Assembly (NCBI GenBank): GCA_002633005.1
Contig: NMRA01000021.1
Location: 1,237,119-1,301,118 of the forward strand
Length of the DNA stretch: 64,000 bases
Direction: 5' to 3'
Source of the DNA: Phoronis australis
Lineage: Eukaryota; Animalia; Phoronida
Each line of letters opens with the position of its first letter. Positions within the stretch are counted from its first letter, which is position 1. The position numbers and the translations under genes were made by a program. Below the pieces are notes generated by a model, which made no database searches, was not told the DNA's origin, and saw only the letters and a list, made by a program, of their open reading frames with translations. This document shows, one piece after another, positions 1 to 14,397 of this stretch.

Positions 1-3
1 ATC

Positions 4-760
4 TGATTTTGACTCCAGAGTTTCACTCATCTGGCCGCCTTTCTATCGGCACCTGGTTATCAGCACCATTACTAATACTGGTCTAGCGATAGTCTCTGGA
101 AATTATTTTTTTTCCCACTCGCGTTGAATCTGTCGAGGGAAATACGGCTATGAAATAAAGTTTTCCGTATTCACCTCTCGCACTACTTTAACAGCTACCT
201 ATGACATGGAAAGTTCAGAAGGTAGGTCAATGTCGACTCGACGTCTTCTGAGCCGGTTCGATCATCAAACTTTCCGAATATAGTTTAAAGTAACAAGGTT
301 GCAACAGTGTAACTAACACTCGACATGCAACCAGGCCCTAAGCGTAAAATCTGGAACAAAACTGTTAATTATAAGACACTTGTGTCTCAGTTTTCAATTG
401 CTGAATAATATATCGTCTGCAATTCAGGCGCCGATTCCTAGGAAATTAAAATATCAAATATTGTTTTTTAACTATTTCCAGATGTTCACTGCTTACATGC
501 CGCTGTTTTCATCTTTGCTACCTCTTTTCAAGAAATAAATCGTTACTTGTAAAACTGTTTCTTTTACAAGAGAAAGCTTGAAACCTTACGCGCAAGTACA
601 TACATATAGGATGTGATCCGCCATGTGAACAGTCTGGATGAAGTATTTGAAAAATCTGCCAAAAATATAAGAAACTTGGTTATTCGAAGCGCATGGGATA
701 AATACAAAACGTACCTTTCGGTCTCGGTCTATACGCGGATTAATATCTCGTGGGTTATTA
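4..760 (+). repeat. Dispersed repeat family A (probable non-autonomous element), copy 1
   Basis: Blocks such as gacatggaaagttcagaaggtaggtcaatgtcgact, gtgatccgccatgtgaacagtctggatgaagtattt and gggataaatacaaaacgtacc recur at ~56700-57330 (+) and inverted at 28810-29400 and 27095-27151; bases 4-108 recur inverted at ~48550-48648. Confidence 0.7.
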
Positions 761-3700
761 CTTCGTGTACGCCGCTCTCGGCACGTTTTGTGTATATATG
801 TGGATACCCAGGCGGGTTCAGTCATACGTTACTGGGTTATCTATGGACTATAACCGTCGCGGAACAAAGATAAGATAGACAGTGTATTACATACAATAGG
901 TGAGTCAGGGTTATATTTGGTCGTGCGTGACAATCTATCGCGCAGACAACGAAGCCGACCCACCGATGAAAGTCGTCTAGCAAACTGCTCGTCCTTCAGC
1001 TTCTCACGGATTGCAATGCACCTATTCAACAAGTAAGTAAAATGCCTCTGTTTCATATTCAGAAGAGTGAATACTGTAAGGTCTCGTTAATGCCAGCAAT
1101 AAACTTTTCTTAATATTACCTCATGAATATTAAGAGAAAATCCAAAGCGAGGCTAATACTGATAAACTACTTCATGCAGCCCTCTGTGCTGGATGATCGC
1201 CGGTGACCTTACACTTGTTCCAAACATACATGTTACATTTAGCTTTGTTGAATCTTATTGTAAAAAGTCTTCATAGTCATCTGACAAGAATTATCTGTCC
1301 AAAGGGTACAAGTACTCCAGTGAAAGTTACATAACTTCAGTAAGAAGTGAACACTTTTACAGGCTGCATAAACATTCTTCTGTTGTTGTTGAGTTGTCAG
1401 CTGGTCAGGCATAGTAACTTTACATAATCTATTTCATTGGATTTTTTGTTTCCCAAGAAGAATTCAAAGATAACAATGAGTTGTAAGAATACTGGCTTAA
1501 TTATGGTTAAAACATTTAGCGGTATCAGTTTTATTTGTAAAGTCATTAGATTATTTCGTCAGTCATGGATTCAATTGTTTGGGACATGGATTGAACATGG
1601 TGTTCACTTATTTACTCGTGTTTTCAACCAATCCACAGTGGTCTCTTGTTCTTTATATCTGGATAGTTTAAAAGCTGTAAACTAAGACATCAATAATATT
1701 TAACACCTGAAGCACAAGGTGGGTCACTTTTTCTTCAATGTCTATCTCTTGCTTGATTACCCTGGAAACAGACTTGGACATATTTGACAGTGATGCTGTC
1801 ACTGGCCCTGACCAAAGTTATTCTAGTTGAAAACTAACATGGTCATCAAGAGGTGTAGTCAGTGTTATGAGCCAAATGTACATTCTAATCTGCTGATAAA
1901 AATAAATGACAGAGTAATATTACACTGGATAAGTCCTGTCATTTGTTGCAAAACCATAAGTATGGTATCATTCATTCACAACAGCGGAGGGCCTCTGAAG
2001 TTTGCTTAAAACATGCAACTGTCCACAATTGATTTACTGAGCCAGTATTGTTCAAGGAAATTGAAGTGTATACACAAGTGATTAATTGTCCTCGATATGG
2101 CTAATGACTATCCTCATGTATTCTCAAACTAGCTATTTGTTACATTTTTCTTGTTTCCTCTGAAATGGAGTGATTTTTAGTTTTGAACCCTTATCACTGA
2201 GTATCTCATTAATTAAAAATATTTTATCAGCTATCACACTGCCCTTGTTCTAGTAAGTCAGTTTAGTATAGCTACATCTGGTATTGAGCCTGTCTACAGT
2301 GACGATCCAAATGTCATTGAGCCACGCGAAGCTATATCCAACGAACAACATCCAATGAAGAACATTTTGAGTTAGTCACCATTCACCAGTGAGTTTGGCT
2401 GTAGATTTGCCCAGGTCAGTATTTTCCTACTTTCTGTTGCTACTGAGCAATTGAAACGTTCTGACAAAGTTTGCTCCAGCAATCCTTATATAAAGCTACA
2501 GAAAAGCGAAAAGACCATCAAGGGGACTATAATTAATACACCCAGGTCTGCCAACTTTGCTAATATACACCCGTATAACTTCCAATACAGCAAATGGTTA
2601 CATACTATTCATATATATACATTCGTGTACTAAGAGAATATCTTCGTGGTTAACATGAAATTGAACTTTTCATATTCAAAATGGTTTTTAGTTGTAAAAA
2701 TTATAAAAGTCAGGGTTTACACCAGTGTTTGCATCATTGCATGACTGCTTGTTTTACTGTGAAATGACTCATTCATGAACTTGAGGGGGTATGTGTGTGA
2801 CCTGCAGTTTTCTGTAATATATACACATCTATGTGACTGTCTTCAGTCCAGCCTGACAACTCAAGCAGTTTCTGTGAATTGAGTCTCGGTTTTTGTGACT
2901 GAGTTTGTAGAACATTCAAAGTTTGTCATTTTGTTTAAATCCCAGAAATTAATTATTTAAAATAAAGTTTTAATTTGGAGAAGTTCAAAGTGCTACTAGG
3001 AAATGATGTGCTTGGAAGTTACTAGCCATTCAAGCATCAGGGCCACTGGTGATACACTAAAGAGTAAGGCGACTAGAGAAGATATCAGATTGTGTCATAA
3101 TTTACTTGCAAAGTTGGCCCATTCATCTTCAAATCTTCACTAGCCACTGTCTTATTAACTCTTAGTCAGTAAGATATTGATGAAATGACACTACTTTGTT
3201 CCTTTTCGGTTATTTGTGCAGCAAGAGACACAGCAGTGTGCAATTGTTTATGTAGAGATTCACTGTAAACAGACAGCTTCCTGTAGACTGGTCAGTACTA
3301 GCCTCCTTCTGGGATTGGAATGTGAGTCATGCATAAATTTTGAGAAAGGCCTATTGCCCCAGCTTCAGAAACACGACTTGTTCTGGCTGAATAGATGCCA
3401 AGCATAGACCGGCAGAATTGTGATGTTTCACGCTGTTTCTCGTACAGTCTAAGAGTATACTTGAGATACTTGATTGAGTTTCACTTTTCTTTCTTGCATG
3501 CAGTATATCGGTATCCTGAGTACTCATGTTGCTCGATCCTCCCTAAAAATAACATGGGCGTAACCTGGTATCTCAATTTCTTGGATTGTTGTCGATTTGG
3601 TTTGAAAAAGAAAGAAAACATTGGACAAAGATGTTCAATCGGATGATTATTCCACATTTGTGCGTTTTGAAAAAGTGGTCTCACGTACGTGGACATTTAA

Positions 3701-4246
3701 TCCGTTTCAGTTCTTCGTTTTTGCTATGACCTTTGACGTGGGCTTTAATTATTGATATTTTGAAAAGTTGTTCTTGAAAGTTCTTTCATGTGACTGTTCT
3801 TCTGTTTAAAAATGCCTTTGAACAGTTTCACACGAGAGATGTTTGACAAACACGAAGACAACATTGCCGAGGGAGCTATTTGTGACGTAATCACTAGTCG
3901 TTTACTAATTTATAGCTTTTCATTAATCGTTTTAACAGTTACGTTTCCAGTGTTTGCGAAACGGGGTTGTTCGTGAGAAAGTGAGAGGTGATGCAACTTT
4001 TTATCCAACTTAGACATGTTTGAAATAAACGGATGACAGAATTAGACTTCATTTCGAAGCGATTACTTACGTCATAGAGTAATGAGTAAGTCGGTATTCA
4101 TATATTTTTGTACGTGGCACACCCAAATTAAAACAACTTTTCCGCTAACTATCAAAACCTCGGATTTCGATAATATCTTTGCTGTAATTTTCATGCTCGT
4201 GGTCATGAAAAAAATCTCGGCATAAACCAACAGAAAGAAACTAGAT

Positions 4247-6330
4247 TTTTTTTTCAAAGTGATATATATTTATTCATGGATACACAGAACATACAAAGAA
4301 ATAATAACAAACCCAGAAACCGCGAAGCATTATATCTGGGTTGTAAACAATCCATAAATGAAACTAATATACATAGAGGTATGTACAATTAAGTAGTATC
4401 TAAAATAAGTATTCCAATACTTAGATAGGCTATTACAGATATATAAAAACAAAAATATGTACAGATTCATGTGGGGAAATCAGATGCAACAATATTGANN
4501 NNNNNNNNNNNNNNNNNNNNNNNNNNNNNNNNNNNNNNNNNNNNNNNNNNNNNNNNNNNNNNNNNNNNNNNNNNNNNNNNNNNNNNNNNNNNNNNNNNNN
4601 NNNNNNNNNNNNNNNNNNNNNNNNNNNNNNNNNNNNNNNNNNNNNNNNNNNNNNNNNNNNNNNNNNNNNNNNNNNNNNNNNNNNNNNNNNNNNNNNNNNN
4701 NNNNNNNNNNNNNNNNNNNNNNNNNNNNNNNAGAAGGTGAGGTCAACGCTTTTTTCTGGTTTAAAATTCATTCTCCATTCTTGTGACCAATAGCTGAGTT
4801 TATTTAAGTCGTGTTGAAGCTGCAAAGAGCATTCAGGGCTGCTCCCTGCGAAGGGGTAAAAAAGCGCCGTGTCATCTGCATAAAGGTATGTGCTACATGA
4901 CAGGTTATCAGGAAGGTCATTAATATAAACCAAGAAGAGAAGAGGGCCCAATACGCTACCCTGCGGTACACCTGCGTTTACAAATCCAGGAGGGGATAAA
5001 GTTGAAAGTACGCCGTCGACACGAACACTGTATGTTCTTTCGGAGAGATATGATGTGATCATGTTTAAAAGATTACCAGTAAAGCCATAGGATCGAAGTT
5101 TGTGAAGTAGAAGGTCGTGAGGGACACAGTCGAAAGCAGAAGCTATATCTAGAAAAATGGACCTGACACTCTCGCCTTCTCAAAATGTAAATGAATCTCA
5201 TGGACTATTTCAACAAGTTGTACCACGGTGCTGTTCCCACGCCAGAAACCAAATTGACGATGATAGATCAAGTTGTTTTGTTTGAGAAATGTAAGAATAC
5301 TTTGAGCAATGATCTTCTCGAAGATTTTGGGCAGGGTGTTAAGTAAAGTTATTGGGCGATAATTTGAAATTTCAGTTTTGGAGCCTTTTTTGTGTATAGG
5401 GACCATAATTCCATGTTTCCAAGAAGACGGATATATACCAAGCTGAAGAAGTTTGTTAAACAGATTGGTCAGGGGCATGGTAATTTCGTTGGCAATCATT
5501 TTGATCATCTTGCTGGTTATTAAAGCTGTGCCATCATTCTTATTGGAGTCAATTTCATTGAGATATTTCCGGACATCAGTTTGATTAGCCAGGATGTCAG
5601 ACAGTTGATTGAGACAACGTTCACGAAGAAAGGGAAAGTTACCTACTTTAGTTGGTGTAATGTGGCTTTTGTTCGTGAAAAATTTGAGAAAAAAATCACA
5701 CTTGTCACTACTACTTGAGGCTAGGTTACCATTATAGTTGATGACAGGATAGGAGGATTGTTGTTGACTGCCGCGTATTTTATTGATGATGTTCCAGTAT
5801 TCTTTGGAGTTCTTGCTTGCGCTGTTAATTTGTTGAAAAAGCTTGTGTCGGTGATCAGCTTTGGCTTGATTTACTAAAGTTTCCACCAGCCGTGACTGCT
5901 CCTTATATCTGTTGTAGATTATAGTGTTGTTAGATCTTCTGAAAGAGCTGTAAAGTCTGTTTCTTGTGCGGATTGCCCGTTTAACATTATTGTTGAACCA
6001 AGGTTGGCGGTTGTGTTTATTTATCTTTTCAGTTGATGGGATGTTGTTTTTTAAAATTTCATAGAGGTACTAGTGAAGAGTGAAACAGTGTCATCAATGT
6101 CGCCAGTGTTCAATATGGAATCCCAGTCAGTGTTGGTGATATCCTGACGCAGTTTATCGGTGTCGACCTGGTCATATTTCCAATTGGTTCGAGTGGTGTG
6201 TTGTTCCTTAACCGGTTTTTTAAGTGTTAGAGTGGTTTCGATTGTGTGGTGATCAGAAAGAAACTAGATAACGCCTTGATAGTTACCACTGTTGTGTTAT
6301 GATCTGTTGTGAAGTAAAAGAACTGCTATA
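4247..6330 (-). mobile_element. 5'-truncated CR1/Jockey-group non-LTR retrotransposon (RT), disrupted, spanning an assembly gap
   Basis: ORFs 5149-5886 and 4433-5062 carry NYRPITLL, QFGF, GVPQGSVLGPLLFLVYINDL, YADD; on the - strand a 3' stem-loop (aacccaga...tctgggtt), AATAAA and A-tail near 4247-4345. Confidence 0.9.
4499..4731. other. Assembly gap (N run)
   Basis: Run of N characters. Confidence 1.
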
Positions 6331-8061
6331 TTTTTAAGAGTAAAATCTATTGCGTCAGATGGCTACAGCTACAATCCACAGAGTGTCACCAGGGGACTGG
6401 ACCACACGACTAGTGGACTTATCTTATACGTGACCAAGCAGTGATGAGTATCATATGATAATATCGTCACATTCACCATGGCAAAAGACGAAACTATTCC
6501 CCCACTCAACAACTGGGTGTCCAGGTTTATGCTATAGCGTTCTGTTGTCAGACATATCCGCAATTAGAAATGCTTGCACACAGCCCAAAAATGATTAGTG
6601 CTTAGATTTGACCTAAGTCTTAGATTTTCTTTAAAGGTATTGCCTGCCAATTTCTGAGGTGCCTTTTCTGAACGACGGACCAAAAACGACTACACGTATA
6701 GCAGATGATTTTTTATTGGTTTTGTAAATAATGACTTGGTTGAAACCTTGGTATAACCTCTGAAACTGAAACCGGATATTTTGATCACTAAAATGGACGG
6801 AAAGTAGGAGAACATGTGATCCAACACATTTATGCACGACCCTAGCAAGTTGAATGAGAAGAGTTTCCTATCAGAGTGCTCTGAACCCAACATCATTCAA
6901 ATTAGATAGAACGACTGGTATTTCCGTTTTGTTACAGCTATATATCCTGAGTGAGGAAGACGAACTATAAGAAGCGACTGGACAAGCTCTTCAACTTCAG
7001 TAATCAATTAATCCGATTTTTTTGGAAGCATTGTCCGCGTGACTTATCCAGCGAGGTCGATTTTCTTCTGTCTATGGAACTAAGCTAGTTGATTGCGTTA
7101 ACGCAATTCTCTAATGCCCTTATATAAGTCGATAACTGTCAAATGACGCGAGCTTAATTTCATCCTTACGATGACTAGATTGCAACGCATTCTGGGAAAA
7201 TGCAATTGTAACTTCATGGTTCTTTCTCATGAAAATTAAAGTTCATGTCCTGCTTTACAAGCATTTGCACAATTAACAACTTTAGAGTAATTTTCTTAAA
7301 TGTGCTCGGGGATCCACTCATTAATTTTTGGTCTTCACCCTTTCCTCGCTATGCGCTAGTCGAAAAAATGAGAGAATTCAATATTTTGAGTGTTTTTGTA
7401 CATTTTGGTGGTTTTCAAAACATAGAAATCACTAGTCCCTCTAATTCATAGTTCATGTTTCAAGTAATAAAAGGATTGTTGCAAGCACCCCTCGACCCAC
7501 AACCCCCTCGACCCACTGCTCCCTCGACCCACGACCTGTAGCAATAGAGGTATTTTTGCGCTTTTTACACATTTCACAATATTATTACGTCGCTGAATGA
7601 CATTTCTTTACTATTTAACTGCCGACGATCATTGGCCTCGCAGATTTTTGCGAAAATAAAAGTAAAAGAAAAGCAGTCACGTAAAAAATCGAATACTTTT
7701 ATGGAAAAGCTCCGCACAACTGGTGACGTGTTGTCTGAGATAAAATCAGTGTAATTCTCAGTTGAACGTTGGTCATTTCATCATGATTCATGCTTCATTG
7801 TCACCGACTTTGTCTCTTTATTGTAATTACTCAGTGTTAGGTATGGGACTGTTGTAAAGACGTTTAATGTATTTTACCCCTTTTGAAAAATAATCGTGCA
7901 TGGGCAGCGCACCATAGGGAGCTGGGGGCTATAGCCCCATTTATTTCAGTGCTGTACAGCCCATGTCTTAATGTAATAAATTCGAATTTTGAATCTTTTA
8001 GCATGGGACAGTGGTACATTGGACGAACAAATTATTGAATGTACTATTTGACTCCGCACAG

Positions 8062-8230
8062 CAGCCTCCCGTTCAGTAACGCTAGGACCTCGCTAAAAAG
8101 CAAGACTTCGCGAGATTACGTGAGATATTGCCGTGCATTTTAAATTAGAACACGTGACTTTGACTAGGTTTTAGCTAGGTCCTAGCATAGGTCCTAGCAT
8201 AGGTCCTAGCGTCTACTGAACGCACGCCAG
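8062..8230 (+). mobile_element. ~160-bp MITE-like element (family M), copy 1
   Basis: Near-identical to 16698-16854; subterminal inverted repeats cgttcagta..gctaggacct / aggtcctagc..tactgaacg; CAG at both ends; internal tandem taggtcctagca units. Confidence 0.85.
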
Positions 8231-8289
8231 GTCTCGTGCAGACAGAGCGCGTTGCTTGCCAACTGTAGTCGAGGTATGGTCCGTTAAAC

Positions 8290-9068
8290 CATAGACTATA
8301 GTACATGGACCGCCAACTCCGTATACTTTCAATGGACGAAATCTGTGATCTTACGCATAAGCCCTTACGTCATTATTCACTGGCGACACCTGGCTAAATT
8401 TTCTGGTGCAATTTCCGGCAAGTACGTCGTCTACTAATCATGGTCGGCTACTGTGTGGCCGGTTGTTCGGCCACACACCCGAAATGCAAAGGAATTAGCT
8501 TCCATACCATCCGCAGACCCCATAATCGGCTGTGGGAAGAAAAGCTTACTTGTTATATCAACGTGAATGGCAGTTGTTTCAGCAATAAGACTTTATACAG
8601 TTGTTCAAGGCACCTCGAAGATGAATGTTTTTTAATAGAGTCTACTACTTAATCCTGTCCTCACAAATCCATTTTTCTTTTCTCCGTTTTGATGAAAACT
8701 ATCTGGTAAACGTTTTGACGAAAATTGTCCACTAAATTTCTTTCAGAGGTAGTGACTCATGAACTCCTGTCCTTACGAGGAACTTCAGTCATAGTCTAGT
8801 GAGCGAATTAACCAAATTACTCTTCGCTGGCCCTGATCAGACGGTTGATCTCAGCAGAATGCGCACATTTGGCCAGGATTTGGATCAGCGATTTCAACAA
8901 ATGCACATTCGTGTACAAATAAATAGAACGCTGGTAAAACTTTTAACACAAATAAAGATTACATTAATACTTCAGAAATAATCAACTGGACCAGTCAAAC
9001 TCTATCTCGCAATTCAACAGCAGGTTACACAATATATGCCGCACAAAATCTCTCGACTGTAGTCTATG
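8290..9068 (+). mobile_element. Internally deleted THAP-domain DNA transposon (P-element-like)
   Basis: ORF 8440-8652 MVGYCVAGCS...SFH...W...CSRHLEDECF fits the THAP C2CH pattern; imperfect TIRs catagactatagt (8290) / actgtagtctatg (9056-9068); its 5' region recurs inverted at ~59815-59890; no TSD seen. Confidence 0.6.
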
Positions 9069-12000
9069 AAAATGCAACCAACTTCAATCTTTGAAAACAT
9101 GGAACAGGAACACCAGAGGGGTGTGAAGGTTGCTTTTATTCTTCAATGTTAAATTTTTGTAAGCGGACAAATGGTTTTTAAATTTCCCCCTTAAGTCCTA
9201 ATATTTCCAAACTTAGCCATTGAAACGAACGTTTATGACGAAAACAAAATTCTTCAACCAGTTTTGTAAAGTCCTATACCACCTGTAGGGTACATAATGA
9301 GCCAATCCCACTCCTAATGTAACAAAAGGGTCCCGTGCTAAGTATTGCCCTTCTGAAATATTACCGTATTCGCCCTAATAAGCGGCCAGGGCGCTTAGAA
9401 AAATCCGCTTCAGGAAGGAGGCGCTTATTACAGCCCAAAAGTGGTTGAAACCCGGTCTCCGAAACAGGTGAAATCGTAAACTAGAATTCAGCAAATTTAC
9501 GCTCTTTGACGAATCTGTAAACTATGACAGAGTTTCTACAACACTGCAGTGCATTGCTATCAAACTTTATTGTCAACTTACAAGCATTTTTCAGAAAATC
9601 CCACTGCCAAAAATTGCCGTGAATCAGATTTCAAGCTCCTCAGCTTGGTTTAACTATATATTGATAAACCATAAAAATGGTTCCAAGTGATCAGTGCAAT
9701 GCCTGCGCACGTCTAATAAATGTGTATCATGCAGCTCCTGATTTAAACAAAGGTCTGCTTTTTAATTTTGGTCCGGTATAAATAACGCCACAGAACGGGA
9801 AATCCAGCGAAACACTTCTACCTTACAAATCTGACAATCCCTAGTCTCAGAAAATTTGAGCACCCGGCAAAAGATACTAATGATGAAATTCTGGTGATGA
9901 TAATCACCCACTTTGTTTATTTACTTCACCTCAATTTGAAATACTTGGTAAAATGAAGACTATTCGAGTAAGCATCATGTGGGTCCCAATGCCAACCCAA
10001 TATATGATAGAACCCAACAAGCTCAAATTGCAGTCAAATCAGGTTGGGCATAAATAAGGAAATTTACTGTATCAACAGATTGGCCAAATAAGAATAAGAT
10101 TCAGAGTGTTGCTACAGTGCACACGTGCACGATACTTGGTCTATTATTTTCCCGCCGTAAATGCATGAACCAATCAGATCACCAATGGCGCAAAGTTTTC
10201 GAAAACTGCTCGATTTTTAGGGAGTCCCGTTACTGTTCAATTTATTTTCAAAACTTTATTGTGTTACATTTAATTTATTTTCTGTTCAACTGAATGAAGC
10301 CACCTACACTAACACAATTAATGCATTGTAAAAACCAAAAGTTATGCTCTATCAACGTTAGACAAAATCAGACCACCCCTTTCTTAAAAAATGGGTTAAA
10401 AGTTAGAAACAAAGGACACAAGTTTCCATCACTTGTAACGTCGATTTTCGACATTGATGTTGGGGAGGAACATCAGTCTGGCGACAGCAACACGGAATCG
10501 TACGAAGGCGATGATTTTCAAAATTTGATTCGTTTTCGCTGTATGACTTTTTTCCCTATGGGTCAGGGTTATTTCTGAATCCAGGAACAAGAACTGAAAG
10601 AGGCAGGGTTCGTGATAACGTTGGTGTTACAACTGTCATCGATATTGTCATCTCCTCCGTTTTCATCCAATCTTCCCAAATGAAAACTTGAATGAAGAGG
10701 ACCTTCAGTACTTGAGTGAGCATGGTATACTGTGTGGTTTATGTTGAATTATTCAACGGTAATTTTAAGAACCATTTCACGCTATACCTACAACCAACGG
10801 CCCTTTTAAGGGCCACTCAACACTTCCCAGAAGAACTGCTCACTTGAGAATGTTGATTTATAAACATGCTTTCGTTGTTTTCTCAGTAGGCCTATGTGAA
10901 CCATAAATCAAAAACTGTCCGATAACTATGCTGCTATTGGGCAAGCAGACGACATAATCAGTCGGCACCGAAGTTTCAATTTTGTAATTAATTACCAGTA
11001 GCATTGCCAAAAGTACTCACAATACCAACACTTCTACTATTGAAAGACTCTGAAAAGCGTTTCAATGCCGAAATTATTATTTTTTTCGTTGTTTTGGACA
11101 GTAAAGTAGATGCAAATATTTCTCGTCAAAATACACTAAATGGAAACTGTACCAGAAAGGTCACGAGAGTTCAGCTAGCACGTAAGAAAATGCCGGAGTT
11201 GCGAATCTGTTGTCTATAATCTATGGTTAAACTGAAAAATGGTTCGTGATTCTTGTCCATCGTCGGCATTTCTGTCCTGCTATGGGACGAAATAGTCCCA
11301 GCTCTCCTTTCACCTCCCTGGCTACTTTCGGGGTTCAACGGGAACTTTGCATTAAACCCATCTACTTGTGTTCAAAAGTCAATTTCAAAAACTTCCCAAT
11401 AATACACTTGCACGTTAAGTAAAAATTTTAATTTAAAAGTAGGGGAAAATAGCCTGAAGTAATATGTAATCCAAAATGTGTCAGTGCAAAATGATCGAAA
11501 CAGCCAATCAAATGCCAGGAAAATATTGTGTCCGTACCTTTCCCATTCCCAAGTCGTCTGCTTCATGAAAGCATTCATCAGAGAACAGCCAACTTATGTT
11601 ATCCTGTTGGCTTGGCTAGCTTGTTTACAGCTACTGTCAATATTGGACAGTAATAATTCTTGGATGGGTGTGCAAGTAATTGGCAATTACCAAAGGCCAA
11701 AGCTCATAAACCAACAGACAGAGGTTAAGAATTGAGGAAAGCCAAGTCAAGTGGCAAGTGATTACTGTACTGACATACAAACAATTCTTGGCATGTTCCT
11801 GAATCATTTTGTGCTTCTAAAAACATCAGTTTTAGGCCAGCTAGGACACTGCTGAAACCATGAATCATTTAATGAGTGTGCGACTTCGCAATAGACTGGC
11901 AGGATGTCTGCCCCTTGTTGCATTCATGTCTCAGATTCTGCTAAAAATTCGGAGCTCTTGGAAGTATCAGATATTACGTGGTCTAAGGCTTAAACAAATG

Positions 12001-14209
12001 GATGAACACTGAGGGCAAGAAAAGTATCATTGCTGAGACGTTTTTAAATTTTTGTGAAAAAAACAGAGCTGTTCTATCAGTGTTTCAGACCCTTTACAGA
12101 TGTAACAAAAATTGAAAGAGCTCTTAAAAATTTGACAAGCTGAAGAAGGAAACGTTGTTGAACCTACTAGAAAATTGTCACTGTCAGTTCCAGTTAAGAG
12201 TACTCAAAGAAATGTATATGTGTTGGCAGCCCAATGTGTCATTTGCCACAAATCAAAATCCGCCACAGAGAAGTTCACAACAAAAGAAAACCTATCCCAG
12301 TTCCAAACATTCACTTGTAAATAGGCCTACTTATTCTTAATTCATTTATGGTAAAATATGTGTAGGCCCGAGAAAAAGGAATTATTTTGCTTGATAAATT
12401 TGCAGTATTAGCCAACCACATCTCAAAGGTACTGACTGTAGTATTTACTTACATCTGAGTGATCAACACTGCTTTGTGTGAACTTCCAAGCCTATTTTCA
12501 GACCTTTTTATGTAGAAACATGAGCAGCATTTTGGAGTTTGATCAATATAAAATGCAGATATTGCCTGTGTTCTGTAACTCATTATCAAATGTTGCTCAG
12601 ATTTCAGTGTCTCACATTTTGGACATTCTATATCACAAATGATTTCATTTCATGAAAGTGAAAAGTCCCCATGTTTAAACCTGCGCACTTTCATGAAATT
12701 TTACTGTTTGAAATTCGGCCAATTCTGGAAATACACATACAATAGAAAATATCTAAAAAGTTCATTAGGTTGGTACTGCAAATAATACTTAAATAGGTTG
12801 CACTGGTGCCAAATCTTTAATGTGGATTTGAGGCAAATCCCTGAATTTATTAGGGTCACTTTGTGGGTAAATTTAGAACTGCATGCCTTTCTTTCTAATA
12901 CTATTATTGAAACAGAAAGGTATTGCCTGACTGACGAAGTGGCCACATTTAATGATTCATGGCGATTTCTAGGAAGTTCAAAATGAAGTAAAATTATGTC
13001 TAGAACCCGAGTTACTAAGCAAGTGTTTACTCTGTGGCTGTGGCCAGTCATTACATAACATCTCATTGAACTAAATGTTACTGTTCTGGATATTCTAACC
13101 AGTTGTGGGTATGGCAATTAATTCAATCACATAATTTTGTAAAATTTACAAATCCTAAATTGCCTGAATCAGGAGAAAAACCCAAGACCTGCAAAAGGAT
13201 GAAAACGTGATATAAGTGTATGTTTCTAACACTTTTAGTATGTCCAAACTGCGTCATAATTGTTGTGGATAAGTCATCGCTACCCCCAATTATCTCTATG
13301 ATGAGTCCCCTGTATCACCAGTGCCAGCTGTTGAATGGTGAACGGTTTATCGAAGCGTGGTGTAACACAGTTCGAAGGAGGAAATTTCAACCAGTTTTCC
13401 ATTAGTAAACCGATCTTTTAGACTTTTTTGAGTAAAAATTTTCATACTGATGTAGTGCATTAGGAGACATCATAAGAACAGACGAGGTGATCTTTCTATA
13501 ATGTGCGGGGCGCCTTTTGTCCCGTTCAGTGGCTTTACCAGACGTAGAGGGTTGTGAGCGTGTGATAACATCTAGCTTCTTTTTTAACTGCATGCCAAGC
13601 ACAGTCTTTTGTCTGGTACATGCGCGCACCCCGGGGGGAGGGGGCTCGAGGGACACAGTCAAACCCACAGCGAATTGGTACGTTCGGAAAGAATAGATTA
13701 TTGTAACTTCGGTTGTAGTTGGGCAATTTTGGCGATTCCAAAAGCTAAACATGATCAGCATTTGACAAGGATTTCAGAAATGCTATTGATTTATGTTCAA
13801 ATATGTTATAACTTAACTTTTATTTTTAACAGCACAGCCCAGTCAGGCTAGATACGATCTTGTTGGAGATTAGAGCAATTGTTGAACAAAAGGAAGCTCA
13901 GTGGCTCTCCCACCATAAATGCCAGAATGGAGTTGATCAGTCGTGTAAGATATTGGCTACAGGGGTCATCTTCCCAACTTGTTGTTGGGCAACGGGCAAA
14001 CGCCCGTAATGTGATCTATAGGAAGATCAGTGTCCAAACCTCAAGTGATCCTTTATTGTCTACGTTGTGTATGTCGAGCCATTGAACAGCTGTGGAAATT
14101 ATTGGAAGTGATGGTGTTTAATGCAGTCGTGCGATTGAATCAGTTTGAAAACAAGCCATTTATTCAGGTTACTACAGGACAGCAGCCTTTTTGTCAGTAT
14201 TGAACAGAC

Positions 14210-14397
14210 ATGACTTCTACGGGGACGCACGCACGGACGGTTCGAGATGATGTGAAGTGCCCCCAGATTTCCATGAAAGACCTTTCCATGGAAAAAGATA
14301 TTCTCGGCAGTGGTGGTTACGGCGCTGTTTATAGAGGTCTATACCGGGGGTTAGATGTGGCTGTGAAGGTGGTCGACCAGCATAAGTACAGTGAACG
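14210..14397 (+). CDS. TKL/RIPK-like kinase(-TRIM-NHL) gene, coding exon 1
   Basis: ATG 14210 with in-frame TGA at 14201; LGSGGYGAVY Gly-rich loop and VAVK; donor cg|gtaggt, phase 2. Confidence 0.9.

Noticed and set aside
800-4200. Short ORFs as exons of another gene (also 9400-14100, 48100-51000, 61200-64000)
   Set aside because: No recognisable domains or consistent exon chain; small exons cannot be excluded without RNA data
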